From contig WELB01000028.1 of the NCBI GenBank assembly GCA_009602725.1, forward strand, positions 427,545 to 485,912: a stretch of 58,368 nucleotides of DNA, written 5' to 3'. The translations under genes and the position numbers were made by a program. Shown piece after piece: positions 25,897-38,065 of the stretch (the stretch's first letter is position 1; each line of letters opens with the position of its first letter). The stretch comes from Spirogloea muscicola. Its lineage: Eukaryota. The notes beneath the pieces were generated by a model. It did no database searches. It had not been told where the DNA came from and was given only the letters and a program-made list of their open reading frames with translations.

Positions 25897-26811
25897 CCGC
25901 TCGTCCCACGGCCTGGCCCGCCTCGCTCGCCCTGCGGCAGCAACGCAACACAGCAGCCATCATGACGCCAGCTGCGCTCAACCCATTTGGTGCTCCATAT
26001 CTTACTGCCGTCATTCACTTCAGCTGTCAGCTGTGCCGCAGACTAGCAGCCAGGCGGCGGGGCCTCCGTCCAGCGAACGCCCCCGTGTTTTCCACGGCTG
26101 CAGCTTGCTGAGCTTAGACCCATGCTGCTCGCACGCGGCCGTCACAGCACTGCGGCTGCCCACCATGGCGACTGTCCAAGCTCATGTAGCCACTGGCCTG
26201 CAAGGCGCCGGGCTGGCCTTCATCTCTAATCGCTGCGACGGAGCACGTGATCATTGTCTCCAGTTTTTGTACTATGGTTGTTTGCATTCGGCACCATTTG
26301 TATTTTGCTTGGTTGTATGTCATTGGTGTCGTGGGTAGCCTAGACTTCGCTGGTGACAGGCTGTGGACATGGGCTGAGGTGGGCATTGGTGTGAAATCTT
26401 CCACCCAAAATCAGGAGAATGATCTTGTCAGGGACATGAATAGATTGCGAAAACCTTTCCAATGAGCCCTCATCGGTCGAGTCTTGCCTACCACAGCTTG
26501 AAGTTGGTTACTGCGCTGCATGCTTACGCTGCTGCTGTGCATCACTCTGGTCGGGATTGACGGTGGTCGAGCAGTCACGCATTGCTGAGCCCTTATTTCT
26601 AAGGTCTTCTTATCGCAATTGCGACTAACTGGCCAGCAAGTCATTATAGTCCATGTTGTGCACCTACAGCTGCGGGAGGTACACAGGAGCTTGCTGAGCC
26701 CTCGTGTTCAGCCTCTCAAAGTGTTATGAGCGAGGAAGCCAAGGAGTTTGAAGCTCACTGGAGGCAGCACAACAGCATTGTCGGCATGCATGCATTGCAG
26801 GGCGCGAGCTT

Positions 26812-26990
26812 ACTTGATTGTTGTCGAGCTGGAGGTACTGCAGGCTGGTGACATTGCTGAGGTTGGCTAGGAGCAGCCCGCTGAAAGCATTGTGAGAAAG
26901 GTTCAGGCTGTACAGCATGTTGTAGAGGCCACTACTGGCGGGGATGATGTCTCCGAGCGAGTTGCCAGAGAGGTCCAGCACCACCAAGTT
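26812..26990 (-). CDS. Isolated exon or fragment with plant-type extracellular leucine-rich repeats
   Basis: LDLSGNSLGDIIP, LYSLNLSHNAFSG and LQYLQLDNNQ fit LxxLxLxxNxxxGxIP. Ends at a GTAAG donor. Confidence 0.55.
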
Positions 26991-27606
26991 GGGCCCGGCC
27001 AGCAGCTCGGAAGGTTGCAGCTGGCTAGACAGTCAGCATTGCTTGCTAGCTGATGTTGGCGCACTTCTTGGGCCGGAAGGGCACCATCACAGAGTGGTCC
27101 TGGTTACCCAGGTCGCGGTCCGCAGATCCCATGCGTATCAAGTTGTTGTTTGAGCACGTCTTTGTGCCACACCTCAGAGTCATTGATCTGCACTTCTGCC
27201 AGCCTTGGGCATTCAAATATGGTGGCCAGCAGATATTGCATGTAACATCAGATAGAGCAAATCTGCTGTTCCCCACCAAAGTGTTAACATTGTTCAATGT
27301 ACATTTGCTGCGGGTGTAAGAGTAGGAATGCCCTTCACAAAGTGATGCCTCTGGGCTATATGACTCCAGAGCTATTAGTATAATACATCAGCTTGGCAAA
27401 CGTCTTCCAATATGGAGCTTTGCCTGTAAGACTGAACACTGCGAGATGGTTCCCCACTAAGCACCTTGGAGGTGGTGCAAGAAGGCCATGGCCACTGAGC
27501 ACGATGAGAGCCACACGAGCTACCTTCAATAGCAGCAACTTAAATTACGGACATCCTTGGCACCCTCCTTGCTGAAAGTGAGGGCCAGGGCGGCTGCGGC
27601 GCCACC

Positions 27607-30415
27607 TCATGAGCCCCAAGTGGATACGTGCATGCAGCCGCGTTCATTCCATCCCAGCATCAGCGCATTGCCGTCCTGCGAAACCGCAAAGCGCTTGCTA
27701 TCGTTGTCGACGTACTCTGCCACCATTGCTCGCACCTCGTGCACCATGGCGGAGCTGAACGATCTGCAGCACAAATCACACCCACGCCAGCACAGCATCT
27801 CAGCACCGGAGCTGCGAGCCACCCGGCAGTCTACTGGTCACCTTCCGCAAACATCTTCCTATAAGGACATGTGCAGTGTACCTTGGTGTAAAGTGAGCGT
27901 CATCCAGGCGCTCGCGCCACTTGACCAGGGGCTCAGTGCGGCGGACGCGGTCAAGGCCTTCGCACGCAATGATGTTCATGATCTCCCGTCCAAACACGTG
28001 CTCTTCAAAGAGCTGCCGGCTGACACTGCCGCGTGGCATGCACGTGTCGATTGCATTCATGCCGCAGTAGTAGAACTCCACAGCCTGCGTACGTGCAGCC
28101 GAGCAGCCACGGCAAAGCATCAGCAGCCTTTGCAGGCCACACAAGTCAAGCTTGTGTGCTTCTGGAAATTGGCAGACAAAGGTGCTCCTGCTGCACAACT
28201 GATCTCTTAAGTCGACCAGCTGGCCAGGTTACTATAAGCTTGTGACGTACCCCTCGAAAGCGTTGGAGGAAGAAGGGGCAGTTGAAGTAGGTCTCCATCT
28301 CAGCAAGCGCCAGGACGCAAGGACGGAGGCACCGGAGCGCCCGCAGAGCAGCATTGCGGGGGTTGGAGCGAATGACGCTGGCGTCAGGCACGTTCTGCAG
28401 GCGCATGACCGCATTGATGGCAAGTGCCTCGCCAGCCTCGAGCTCGAGGAGCGCCGGTGTCAGGTCCTCGAACTTCGCCACCAGGACGGAGCACTCGAAT
28501 GGTATGCCGAGCTCCCGTGCCAGGTGCGCAAGCTGGGCGCCCAGCTGCCTGCAGTCACTGTTCCGCTCCTTGCCAAGCTGAGCTGCCTCTGCATCGGGTG
28601 GGTCCACGAATGTGATGCGAAGGCGCGGTGGGCCGCCAGGCCGCAGTGCCAGCGCGCGGAGTGCCGGCTGCCACTGGCTGCCCTGCACCCGCGCACGAGC
28701 ATCATGAGCGCACGCAATGAGCCGCAGCTCGTCAAGCGAAGCCCATCAGGCAATCCGTCGTCCGCGAGCATGCTGCTTGCTCTCATGGCTATGTTGAGCA
28801 GGGGCTGTGGGCTGCGCTGCAAACCTGCCACATGGAGATGTCCAGGATGTGCACCCGGCGCTCAGCTGCCACTGCCTCCAGGATCGCGCCATTGGCTGAC
28901 ATGATGCAGAACTTGATGAAGGGCAGCGCCTCCGCGAAGTCCTGGGAAGATGCCGCCATGTCCTAAAAGGCGACCCGCCCACATGCCAGCCGTAAACACG
29001 TCAATTTGACGCTTGACTACGGCAACAACGGTTAACACTCATGTGAGCTGTAGGTACCAGCAGATGTAAAGATAAACAGCGACAATATACCAAGCAAGTA
29101 ACACAAGCGCAATAAGAGTTCCGATTTTGCGCCACTTCTGAGACATGGACAACTTCCTGGTGCCTCAAGTTGGCAAGGTGGACCGATGGGGGTGCTGAAG
29201 GCTGGGAGGTGAGTGGTGCAGATTTGTGGAAGGAGGATCGAAACGATGGAGAAGGTCATACAGCAGTCACTGGGGGACAAACCTGGGGCCGAATACGGGA
29301 GGGCTGGCGGTACTGCACAAGGCCGAGGCCCTGCGTGCGTGCCCACAGGGCCTCCATGAAGTAGAAGGCGGCTCGCTGCGCAGGCGTGCCGGTGGGGGTC
29401 GCCTCGCGGCGCAGCGCAGAGTGCAGCAGGCGCGCGCGGGCATGGTCGCAGGTTGCCACCGCCTCGGCGAGCGACGCCAGCTGCTTCGCCAGCAGCGGCA
29501 CACTGGCTGAGAGGGTAGGTGCCACGGGCCAGCTCACAATGCGCGTCTTATCAACAGTGGCGGCAGTGACGGCTGCCACTGTCGGCGGTTGGCCCCAGGG
29601 GCCGCCCGGCCACTTGGAGAGCGTGGCCCCCACAGGTTTCGGCAGCAGCATGGCGGTGTTAAGCGACGTCAGGCTCCCCGGCGGGACCTGCGTCAGCCAG
29701 GGCTGCGGCCACGCAGCGAGGTCCCCGCGCAGCTTGACGCCACCGTCGCCAGAGTACGGGCGCTTGAGGAGCGCAGCGCCGTCGGCGGCTTTGGCGGGGT
29801 CCAAGCACGCACGGCCGCGCCGCACCACAATGTCCTTGGACGGGTCTGGCCAGCGCTTGCGCATGTCGACGAGCAGGCAGCGGACGCAGCTGCACCCCTC
29901 CTTGCAGCCCGGCCGCAGTCCTTCGCCGCCGCAGCGGTCGAAGCCGCCGCCGCCGTTGCCACCAACGACGGTTCTGGCGCCGGAAACGCCTGCCCTGCTG
30001 CCCTGCTCCACGGCCTCGCCCTCTCTGCCGCTCGACCTGCTGCCGACCCCACTGCCAATGCCGCTGCCGCTGCTGCCGCCGCTGCCGCTGCCGCTGCTTC
30101 CAGCGCCACCTGGCGGCACCGCGGTGGCGGTCTCGTCGCCAGAGCGCGCCGGCGAGCAAGAGAGCGGCTGCAGTGCGATGTCTGAGCCAGACGCCTCGCC
30201 GACCGACTCCGCCGCCACCGCCGCCGCCGCCGCCGCTGCCGCCGCCAGGTCGTCGGACGCTGCCATCCACTCCGGGATGCTCACTTCCTCCGCCGCCTGC
30301 GCCGTGATTGGCGCGTCCCACCAGTTGTCCTCCCCGACGCCGTTGTCACACAGGGCCCAGGGCTCGTCCGCAGGCCATGCCAGCAACGCCGAGTCGACAT
30401 CGTCGTCGTCGCCGT

Positions 30416-30455
<40 letters not shown>

Positions 30456-30611
30456 GCCGCCGAGCGGCGGAGGCGAGAGGCCGCTCTCAACGCCGCCGTT
30501 TGCGGTGTGGAAGCTGCCGGCGGCGGGTGCAGCGTGGCAGGCCCGCTTTCCGGGGGGGCCTGCGCCGCCCCCNNNNNNNNNNNNNNNNNNNNNNNGACAT
30601 CGTCGTCGTCG

Positions 30612-30653
<42 letters not shown>

Positions 30654-30787
30654 ACGGCGGCGCGCGCCGCACGCTTCAGCGCTACGGGGGATCCAGCCTG
30701 CTGCCAGTGGCGGGGAGCCTCCGAGGAAAGACTACAGCCAACATCGGATTCTCGCCGGAGGCCCGTCAGGTCCCACATCTGCAACAT
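27607..30787 (-). CDS. GRAS-family transcription factor, copy 1; exons about 30787-29283, 28962-28825, 28682-28251, 28084-27882, 27763-27607
   Basis: LHRI (PTGTPAQRAAFYFMEALWAR), VHIID (PFIKF..ANGAILEA..RVHILD, QW..L.ALALRPGGPPRLRIT), PFYRE (NPRNAAL..LRP..NCPFFLQRF) and SAW (GREIMNIIACEG..R..E...W..LMLGW..VSTW). Start codon uncertain. Confidence 0.93.
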
Positions 30788-30959
30788 CGCTCAGACTATA
30801 GGGCCAGCCCCATGCAACGGAGGCGCGGATGATATGTGGCCGCCATGGTCGGTACGGTCGTCGCCAGCCGCCTTTGCCCATCTTGTGGGCTGCTGGCCTT
30901 TCCGAAGTGTACCGGCTTGGCTTTGCCGCCTTCCTTTCGCTCAGTGCTTCAGCGCTGTT

Positions 30960-31140
30960 GCCTTTCATTCGGTGCTTCAGCGCTTTCTCTGGCCCCTTCG
31001 GAAGTTGTTCTTCCTTTATCCTGGGCTGGTCACTCACCCATCGCCCTCTACTGGAAGCGTCGTTCCCTCTTTCAATTCATGCGCGTTGTGCTTCTTGTCA
31101 CAGCCATCAACCTCTTTGGAAGAGCCCACTTAGTTGCATC
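30960..31140 (+). mobile_element. CRE-like 3' UTR remnants between the GRAS genes
   Basis: ggccccttcgg..ctgggctgg..tcgccctctactggaag matches the tails at 24690-24790 and the shared tail motif. Confidence 0.45.
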
Positions 31141-32127
31141 GGTCCTCGGTTCCAAATCTAGTAAGAGACTTTGCTGAACCAGGATATGCCCGTCGTGAGG
31201 ATGAGCTTCCGACTGACCTGGGCTTGCCTGCAGCATGTCTCTCGTTCTTTATCCGCTGTGTGTCAGTCCTTATGTGGGACCATACAATGTTGCCTTCTTT
31301 CCACCCATTGCCTCTCTGCCCCAGGGCGAATGCAATGGTGGGTGTTCATGCCAAACAATTGGGGCGCTTTAGCGACCTTTTTCTGCGTGCATTGTTGTAA
31401 GACTTGAGACTCATGAGAAAGATCCGCAAATGTGATGTGCCAATGCAAATTGTGTGGTAGATGGCGCAACACATTTGTCTCTGGGCTTGCCACCAGGCTG
31501 GCCATCAGAAGGACTTCTCCATCTCTTGTACTTCTTCTGCAAGAGTGCCTACTAACCAATGTGAAGGAGCGTGCATTGCTCGGCACATGTGAGGCTTACA
31601 CGAATGTAATCTGGTCCAACAAGGCGAGATAGAGCCACGCATTATGTGAGGCTTCAGCAGGGCACACTGCGCTTGCATGCAAGGAGCAAGCAGCAAACGC
31701 TGTAGAGCCAGCTAAGAAGTTAGACGCATAGTGAGGTCAGGAGCTGCTCGGTGAAGCTTTTCCCGTTCGTACGCTCTTAGATCAACCTCATAAGCATCTT
31801 GTATTTTGACAGGCTCGGCTGGGTGGACTTGATGGCTGCACGCACTTGCACGCACCGCTTGCACCCTAGCAACTTCTATTTGCAGTAATTATCATCAAGG
31901 AGGCAAGACCATCAGGTAACACCAAGTTGCCAGTGTATAACAGCTTGAGGTGCCACGGTCAGGACTCATGCAAGTTGACACAGTGCTCCAAACCCTGCAC
32001 GACAATAGCAAAGGGAGTGAACGAGCATGTGTTGGCTCGCACATAGGGGAATCCAAGGGGTGCAGGGTGTAGGGCAAAGCGGTGCGGACATCTTTGCTCT
32101 TGTACTCGGGCAGTCGGGGAGAAGAGC

Positions 32128-34835
32128 TCAGCATGCTGGTCGCCACAGAGTCGCGTGGATGAGCGGCTGCGACTTCCACTTGAGCATGAGCGCGTCGCCC
32201 TGCTCTGCCATGGAGAACCCCACATGCTGCTCCGCTACAGCCCTTGGTTGGTCCTTTGCTGCCTCGGACCAGGGCCTGTACATAAGATTGCAATGCAGCC
32301 TCAAATTGCGTTCTAAACCCAGGATATAAGCAGCAAGCGGGTCACAAACCTGCGTATATGAGACTCGTACATTGCCAGTCAGCAAGCTAAGCCAGCTGAC
32401 ACTTTTCTCCTGTCACTAATCTGTCCTCCTGTGCTTGCTAGTGACTCTGCAGCACTTCAACAATCAATCAAGCTCTTTCAAACTCCTACTGTATTAGGCA
32501 TGGATACTGCCTGACGCAGTGTGACTGCACATATTCAGCAGCAAGTGATTCTGACCACTGCACAGCTGGTTCTGCCTGGGTATGCTACGCAGCTGGGTCT
32601 GCCTGGATATGCAAACGTACTTGCCAACAAAGCCGGCGTCCTTCATGCGCAACTGCCACTTGCTCAGGTACTCGGTGCGCTTGTGCCGCAGTAGTCCCTC
32701 GCATGCAACCACCTCAAGGATGTGCTGAGACAAAATGTGCTGCTCAGCAACGCGCCGCCAGAGGCTTGTTGAGGGCATGTGCACGTCTGTTGCCTCAACG
32801 GCGGCCATGTAAATGTCCAAGCACTGCACACATAGTATCAGCACACCATTCTACTAAGAAGCTTGTTGAGTTTGCATGTGAGGTGTACACCCAGAGGTGA
32901 TGACAGCGTTGTTTTCAAGTTATCTGTCCACCTGCAGCTTGATAAACAGGAAATAAGCAGCATAGCAGAGCTGTGTGTTATTGGAGGCCGCAGTAGACCT
33001 GCTTGAAGCGCTGGAGGAAGAAGGGGCTGTTGTCATTGGAGTGCATCTCCACCAGGACCATGACATGCGGCCGCAGCCGACAGAGCGCCCGCAGCGCCGC
33101 ATCCCGAGGGCTGGACCGCAGGAGGCTTGCGTCTGGCAGGAAGCTGAGGCCCATGATATCATTGACGACCAGCACCTCACCATCCTCCGCGCCGATCATG
33201 TAGGGCTGCAGGCTCTCCAGCCGCGTCTCAATCACGTGAAATTCCAGCTGCACGCCCAAGGAGTTGGCAACTGCCAACACCTGCTTCCCGGACTCCCCGT
33301 CCTGGCTAAGGTACTGCTCATTGGCACACGTGTTCTCCATGATGCGGATGTGGCTATCGTGCACCCGAGTGATGCGCACATGGGGCGGGCCCCCCGGGAG
33401 GAGCGCCAGCGCATGCAGGAGCCCTGGCCACTGTCCTGTCTGCAACAGCAAGACGAGCATGGAGTGAGCAAGCTGAGTAGTGTGTACAGTCAGAGGGGCG
33501 GCCAGAGTAAGCAAGTCGACCGCCCATGTGCACTTTGTGTGCACTGCCAGAAGCTTGAGCGGCCTGGCACCTTCCTGCAGCTGGAGCTCAGGGTTCGGGA
33601 TTTGCAATGTAGGGCAATGGTTTGTGAGCTGCTCCTTTCCTTGTCGGCTTGATACACAATCCAGCGAGCGAGCACCGCGGCTGTCGGAGATGGCCAGGAG
33701 GACAAGGAGATGCTTACCCAAGTGGCTATGTCCAGGATGTGTATCTGCCGGCATGCAGCGGCCACCTCCAGGATGGTGGCATTGGCTACACCGTGGCAGA
33801 ACTTTATGTACGGCATGTGCTGCTGGAATTCCCCCATGGCACTGACCATTGGCTGCAGAGCGGCAGCGGCAGCGGGGGTGCGCGCAGTTGGCAAGCGAGC
33901 ATTGTATCATGCAATACAGTGAGAGCTTCGAAACAGAAAGGTCACAACAGCCAAGCCCTGGACACAATGGCCTTGCGTCGCTGCCAATTCTCCATGGCTG
34001 TGATCAACGCACATGCATGACGCCAGCTTCCTGGCGGCAAGGGGTTCACCTCGCTCATGCTCTCGGTTGCCAGGCGTTGCCGCCGGATGCACACCTCGCC
34101 CTGGGTGCGGGCCCAGAGCGCCTCCATGAAGTAGTAAGCGATGCGTTGGACGTAGGTGCCCGATCTGTCGGCGGCGCGGCCGAGGACGGTCATGAGGAAG
34201 CGGGCGCGCGCCTGGTCGTCAGTGGCGACGGCCTCGGCAAACGCCAGAAGCTGCTTCTTGATGCGGCTCTCCAGCGTGTCCACCGCCGCTGTCACCAGCT
34301 GCGCCGCCCTGACGGCGGCCGACGGCCGCTTCTGCAGAGGACCGCTGCGGGCGCCGAGCACCGAGTGGAGGCGCCGCGTCGTCGCCTTGGCAACGCCCGT
34401 CAGGCTGGTCAGCGACAAAACCTCCCGGAACGGCGGGTCCAGCAGGCCGTACAGTTGTGGCACTGGAGGCGCCGACGCATACCCCCGCCGCACCGCCAGC
34501 ATGCGGCCTAAAGAAGGCGCGACGACGCCGCCGCCGCCGCCGCCCGCCTTGCCGTCGAGGTCCCAGCAGGCCGGGCTGCTGAGCGGCGAGCGACTGACCA
34601 TGGCATCATCATGGTCATCTTGCAGCCAGGCCAACGGCTCGCCGACGGCGGCGGCGGCGGCGGCGGCGGCGGGCGGGCTGGGGAAAGCGCGGGGCTCGAA
34701 TATTCGGCGGCGGGTGGCGCCGTCCGCCGAGTATCTTCCGCACTGTGCTTCGGGGCGGGGGGTCCCCGTGATCGAAACCGTGGCCGAATGCAGCGCCGCG
34801 GCGCCGCCGGCCTGGTGATCAGAATGTGCGACCAA
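32128..34835 (-). CDS. GRAS-family transcription factor, copy 2; exons about 34835-34050, 33852-33718, 33439-32999, 32823-32621, 32275-32128
   Basis: LLAFAEAVAT..GTYVQRIAYYFMEALWAR, PYIKF..ANATILE..QIHILD, QWPGLLHALALLPGGPPHVRIT, SPRDAAL..NSPFFLQRF, VVACEG..RTE...W and LMLKW..ATLW. Start codon uncertain. Confidence 0.92.
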
Positions 34836-34979
34836 CTACAACACGGACTCAATTGGGCGACGCGCCCTGCCCCCGCCGTGCCGACGTGGCACCGCCGCGT
34901 GCTTGAGCCCGCGCTCATTGGCCAGCTCTGTCCCACGGGGCTGGCCCCAACTGCCGGCGGGGGATACGGCCTCTCTTGT

Positions 34980-35870
34980 TCATTCTTTGTTCATTCATCC
35001 ATTCATTCTTCTGGGCTGGCCTCTCCCAGCTCCCAGCCGCCCTCTTTTCTTCGTTCTGCCTCTTGCAACAACCAGTTCGGTTAGGAAAATTGCTCTTCCA
35101 AATGACAGCAATGGCTGTGAGAGGCCAGCCCAAAGGATGGACACGGTCTGAAAGGGCGGGATGGCGCAAAAAGCAGGATACTAGTCTCCAAGACGTCAGC
35201 AAGTGGGCTCTCAATAAGCTCTAGTCAATGAAATGGAGGCCAGATTCGGAGCTTACAAAAAGTCCACAACGGGGCAATAAGCTGCCTAAGGGTTCTCTAG
35301 TACCCAAGAGTGAGCACGTACATAACCGACAAGCTAGGCTGGGGAGCCAGAGCACCACACGCAAGCCATTAGCCTAGTGCGCGCCCAGCACGCAAGCAGA
35401 AGCAGTAGCTCTTCCAGCCTGCCCACGCCTTGCATCTGCGTGCTGGCCGTGCTCTAGCTGCAGCCTCTGGCTCTCGTCAAGGGGAATTTCTTACCGCCGG
35501 CTAGTCTTTCTGACTTGCGCTCCTGACTAAGAGGGCACGAAGTGCTTATTGCATGGGCAAGCTTTAGGAAAGCACTTTCGGGCCCCTTCAGACCTCGTCA
35601 ATCCTTTCTGGGCTGACTGTTCACAGCCCTCGCCCCCTTTGGGAGAAGAAGTGGCTCTCCCAATGGGGGCAAGGGCTGTGATAAGCCAGCCCGAGCAAAG
35701 AATTAACAAGGTTCGAAGGGGCCAAAGTACCGAGGGGTCAAAAGTGCAATCCCAGAACTGGGGTAGGATGAACCACTCAATAACTAAGAGTGAGGAGCCG
35801 TTAATCTGAAAGCCTAGCTGCCGGAAACAATCCCCCCAATGAAAGCCAGAGGCTGCAGCAAGAAAGATCC
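34980..35870. mobile_element. Cluster of CRE-like ORF ends and tails, including a tail-to-tail pair
   Basis: A + copy at 35420-35645 meets a - subfamily B copy at 35646-35860. Further stem-loop tails at 35005-35035 (+) and 35112-35140 (-). Confidence 0.65.
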
Positions 35871-36074
35871 ACTTTCTTCCAATGATACTTGCTGCTATTC
35901 CCGGTAGTCCCATCAACCAGCCAGATTTACACTACTAAGCGAGGGCAACCTTATCTGCAGCTAATTGTGTCAGGTCTTCGTCAGGCAACCTGCATGACTC
36001 AGGAGCAGGGCCCAGACTACTTCCGAGTAGAGCTTGATTGAGCACAAAAGATTGAAAGGTCAAATGGCTCATCN

Positions 36075-36300
36075 TGCGGTCCACTTGCGCGCAGGCCGCG
36101 CTCTGGCGGCGGCCTCCGGCTTCCGTCAGGGCGACGTCTTTCCGCCTGCTAGCTACTCAGACTTGCATATACTGACGAGAGGTTACTGAGAGTTCGCTTA
36201 CTGCTGTCTCAGTCCTTAGCACTCCGACTCCTTCAGACCTTGTCCATTCTTTTGGGCTGGCCTCTCCCAGCCACCAGTTAATCTGGCCGCGCTTGCTCTC
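36075..36300 (+). mobile_element. 5'-truncated CRE-like element (subfamily C)
   Basis: HLRAGRALAAASGFRQG..SYSDLHILTRGY* plus a UTR nearly identical to 39600-39815. Confidence 0.8.
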
Positions 36301-36404
36301 TTTCTTCGCCAACTTCCGCTGCTTCTGGGATGCCTGCTTTTATTTTGTTTTTTGTTCTGAGGCATGAAACCTGGGCCCCTGGCTTTGCTGGCCCCTCTTT
36401 ATCC

Positions 36405-36670
36405 GCATACGCCTGGCGATATCGTTTCAACGCTCCCTGGCAGCGCTTGCTCCCTTGCCTACGCCGTCCACACGCGAGCAGGCCGTGCTATGTCTGAGAG
36501 AAGGGCTCGCCCGTTGAGGATAGGGGCTGGGTAAAATGGCTGCCGCCTCTGGGTCTCGGCGGAGTGCCTCTTTCCCCTGCAGCGAGCTACTCCGACCTGA
36601 TGTTGCTCATTCGCGGGTCCTCTGCATCGTCTTGTGTATTTTGTGGTATTTTGTACCAATTCTACACTTG
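36405..36670 (+). mobile_element. CRE-like fragment (subfamily A) interrupted by an inverted tail at about 36495-36535
   Basis: Similar to 41860-42020. The inserted piece matches 24890-24925. Confidence 0.65.
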
Positions 36671-37069
36671 AGCTCGAGCGCCTCGCCACGTCATGCTGAA
36701 GCGTCAGCGTCATTAATGTACTAGCGTCACCTGGTGGCGACCGGCAGGGTGACGCGCAGTTGACGTCAGGGCAGAGCGGCTCACGAGGCAGGTGACGCGC
36801 AGGCGCGCTGGTCGGGAGGGGTCACTGAATGTTCCCCCTCGTAGGCAAATCGGCGAGTTCAAGCTGCTCTGACTTGCGGCTGCCGACCACGAGAAGAAGC
36901 AGCTCCTTCAGAGGGGTAAGCTCTCTCAGAGGTGGCGAGGGCAGTGGAAAGCCAGCCACCAAGTATGAACAAGCACCAGCTTTTAGCGCGAGTACCCAAT
37001 CGTGGTATTTACTCCCGTACCCCTTTGGGCGAGCTTCTTCTTTGGGAATGGAATTGGCTCCTCAGTAAG

Positions 37070-38065
37070 TGGGCGAGGGCTGTAGATAGCCAGCCCAAGA
37101 CAAATGGACAAGGTCCAGAGGGCCGAAGGAGCTAAAAGCACACAGCTGTTCAAGTGGCTACATTGCATGGAAGCTCAATGTCCCTAGTCAGCAGCCGCAA
37201 GTCGGAGTCTTGTGGAAAGAACCTTCTCTCCCTCTCCAAATTGGCTGGCTCTCGCCATGCTGATGAAGAGCGTAGCGTAGCATCCGCCATACCTCGCGTT
37301 TGCTTCCCCTCCGTCTCCAGAAATGAAATAGCGCTAGAGGCGAAGCCGGCGCATGCGGCTTCCGACAAGGGCTTCTTAGCGGGCGCGGCGGCCCACATCA
37401 ACCACCGGGCCATCTCCAACACTCCAGCTGCACTGCACTTCACCAGGCGACTCTGTCCCTCGGCTATGGTGGCCTCTGCGGCCGACCGCTTGCTCGCGCT
37501 TGCAGGGCGGCGTACCTGGGCAGGGGGCGCAGGTCCACGCCCCGGTGTCTCAATGCTTCCTTCTACAAAGGGCTTCGTGTGCTGGAGCAGTCGGTCATTG
37601 AAGTGGAGACCGGCTCACTGCCATTTCAGGTGTCTCTCTGGTCGGCCCAGAATGCGCTCTGAATGAGCATCCAGACCTAGCAGCGCGTGTAATTTACTTT
37701 CGCATACCTCGTGCACACCGCCGACCTACGCACTCAAGCTTGCCATGCGGTCGAGGCGGACAAGGTGGCCTTTGAGACGGCTTAGCAGCCCCTCCATTAG
37801 ACGAATCTGCAAGGGAGCGCACGGCTGCGGTCGGCATCCTTCGTGGAGCCTTGGCATGTCTCATAGCTCTGCCCCGGTATGATCTCGTTCAGATGTATGA
37901 TGCGCCGGTTGATGCCTTTCGCACCGTAGTCCACCGCGTCCTTGGCCTTACCTCGCCCAGTCTCCTGCAGTGTGAGTGCGGTAAAGAGGGACGTGGTTGA
38001 CGGAGCTGGCTACGCACGTCTTCAATGTGTTCAAGAGGAGCGGCCCGGCATACGACCTCCACCAG
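37070..38065. mobile_element. Degenerate CRE-like pieces: - strand ORF end and tail (37070-37215), + strand zinc-knuckle region (37500-38065)
   Basis: SDLRLLTR and the tail stem-loop on -. RVLEQSVIEVETGSLPFQVSL and LQCECG with frameshifts on +. Confidence 0.65.

Noticed and set aside
30396..30660. Near-duplicate gacatcgtcgtcgtcgccg..(gcc)n on both sides of a small gap
   Set aside because: Typical mis-assembly or allelic overlap at a microsatellite gap. Not treated as a real duplication.
34880..34890. Single GCCGACGTGGC (DRE overlapping ABRE) near the GRAS copy 2 start
   Set aside because: One occurrence in very GC-rich DNA is not enough evidence.
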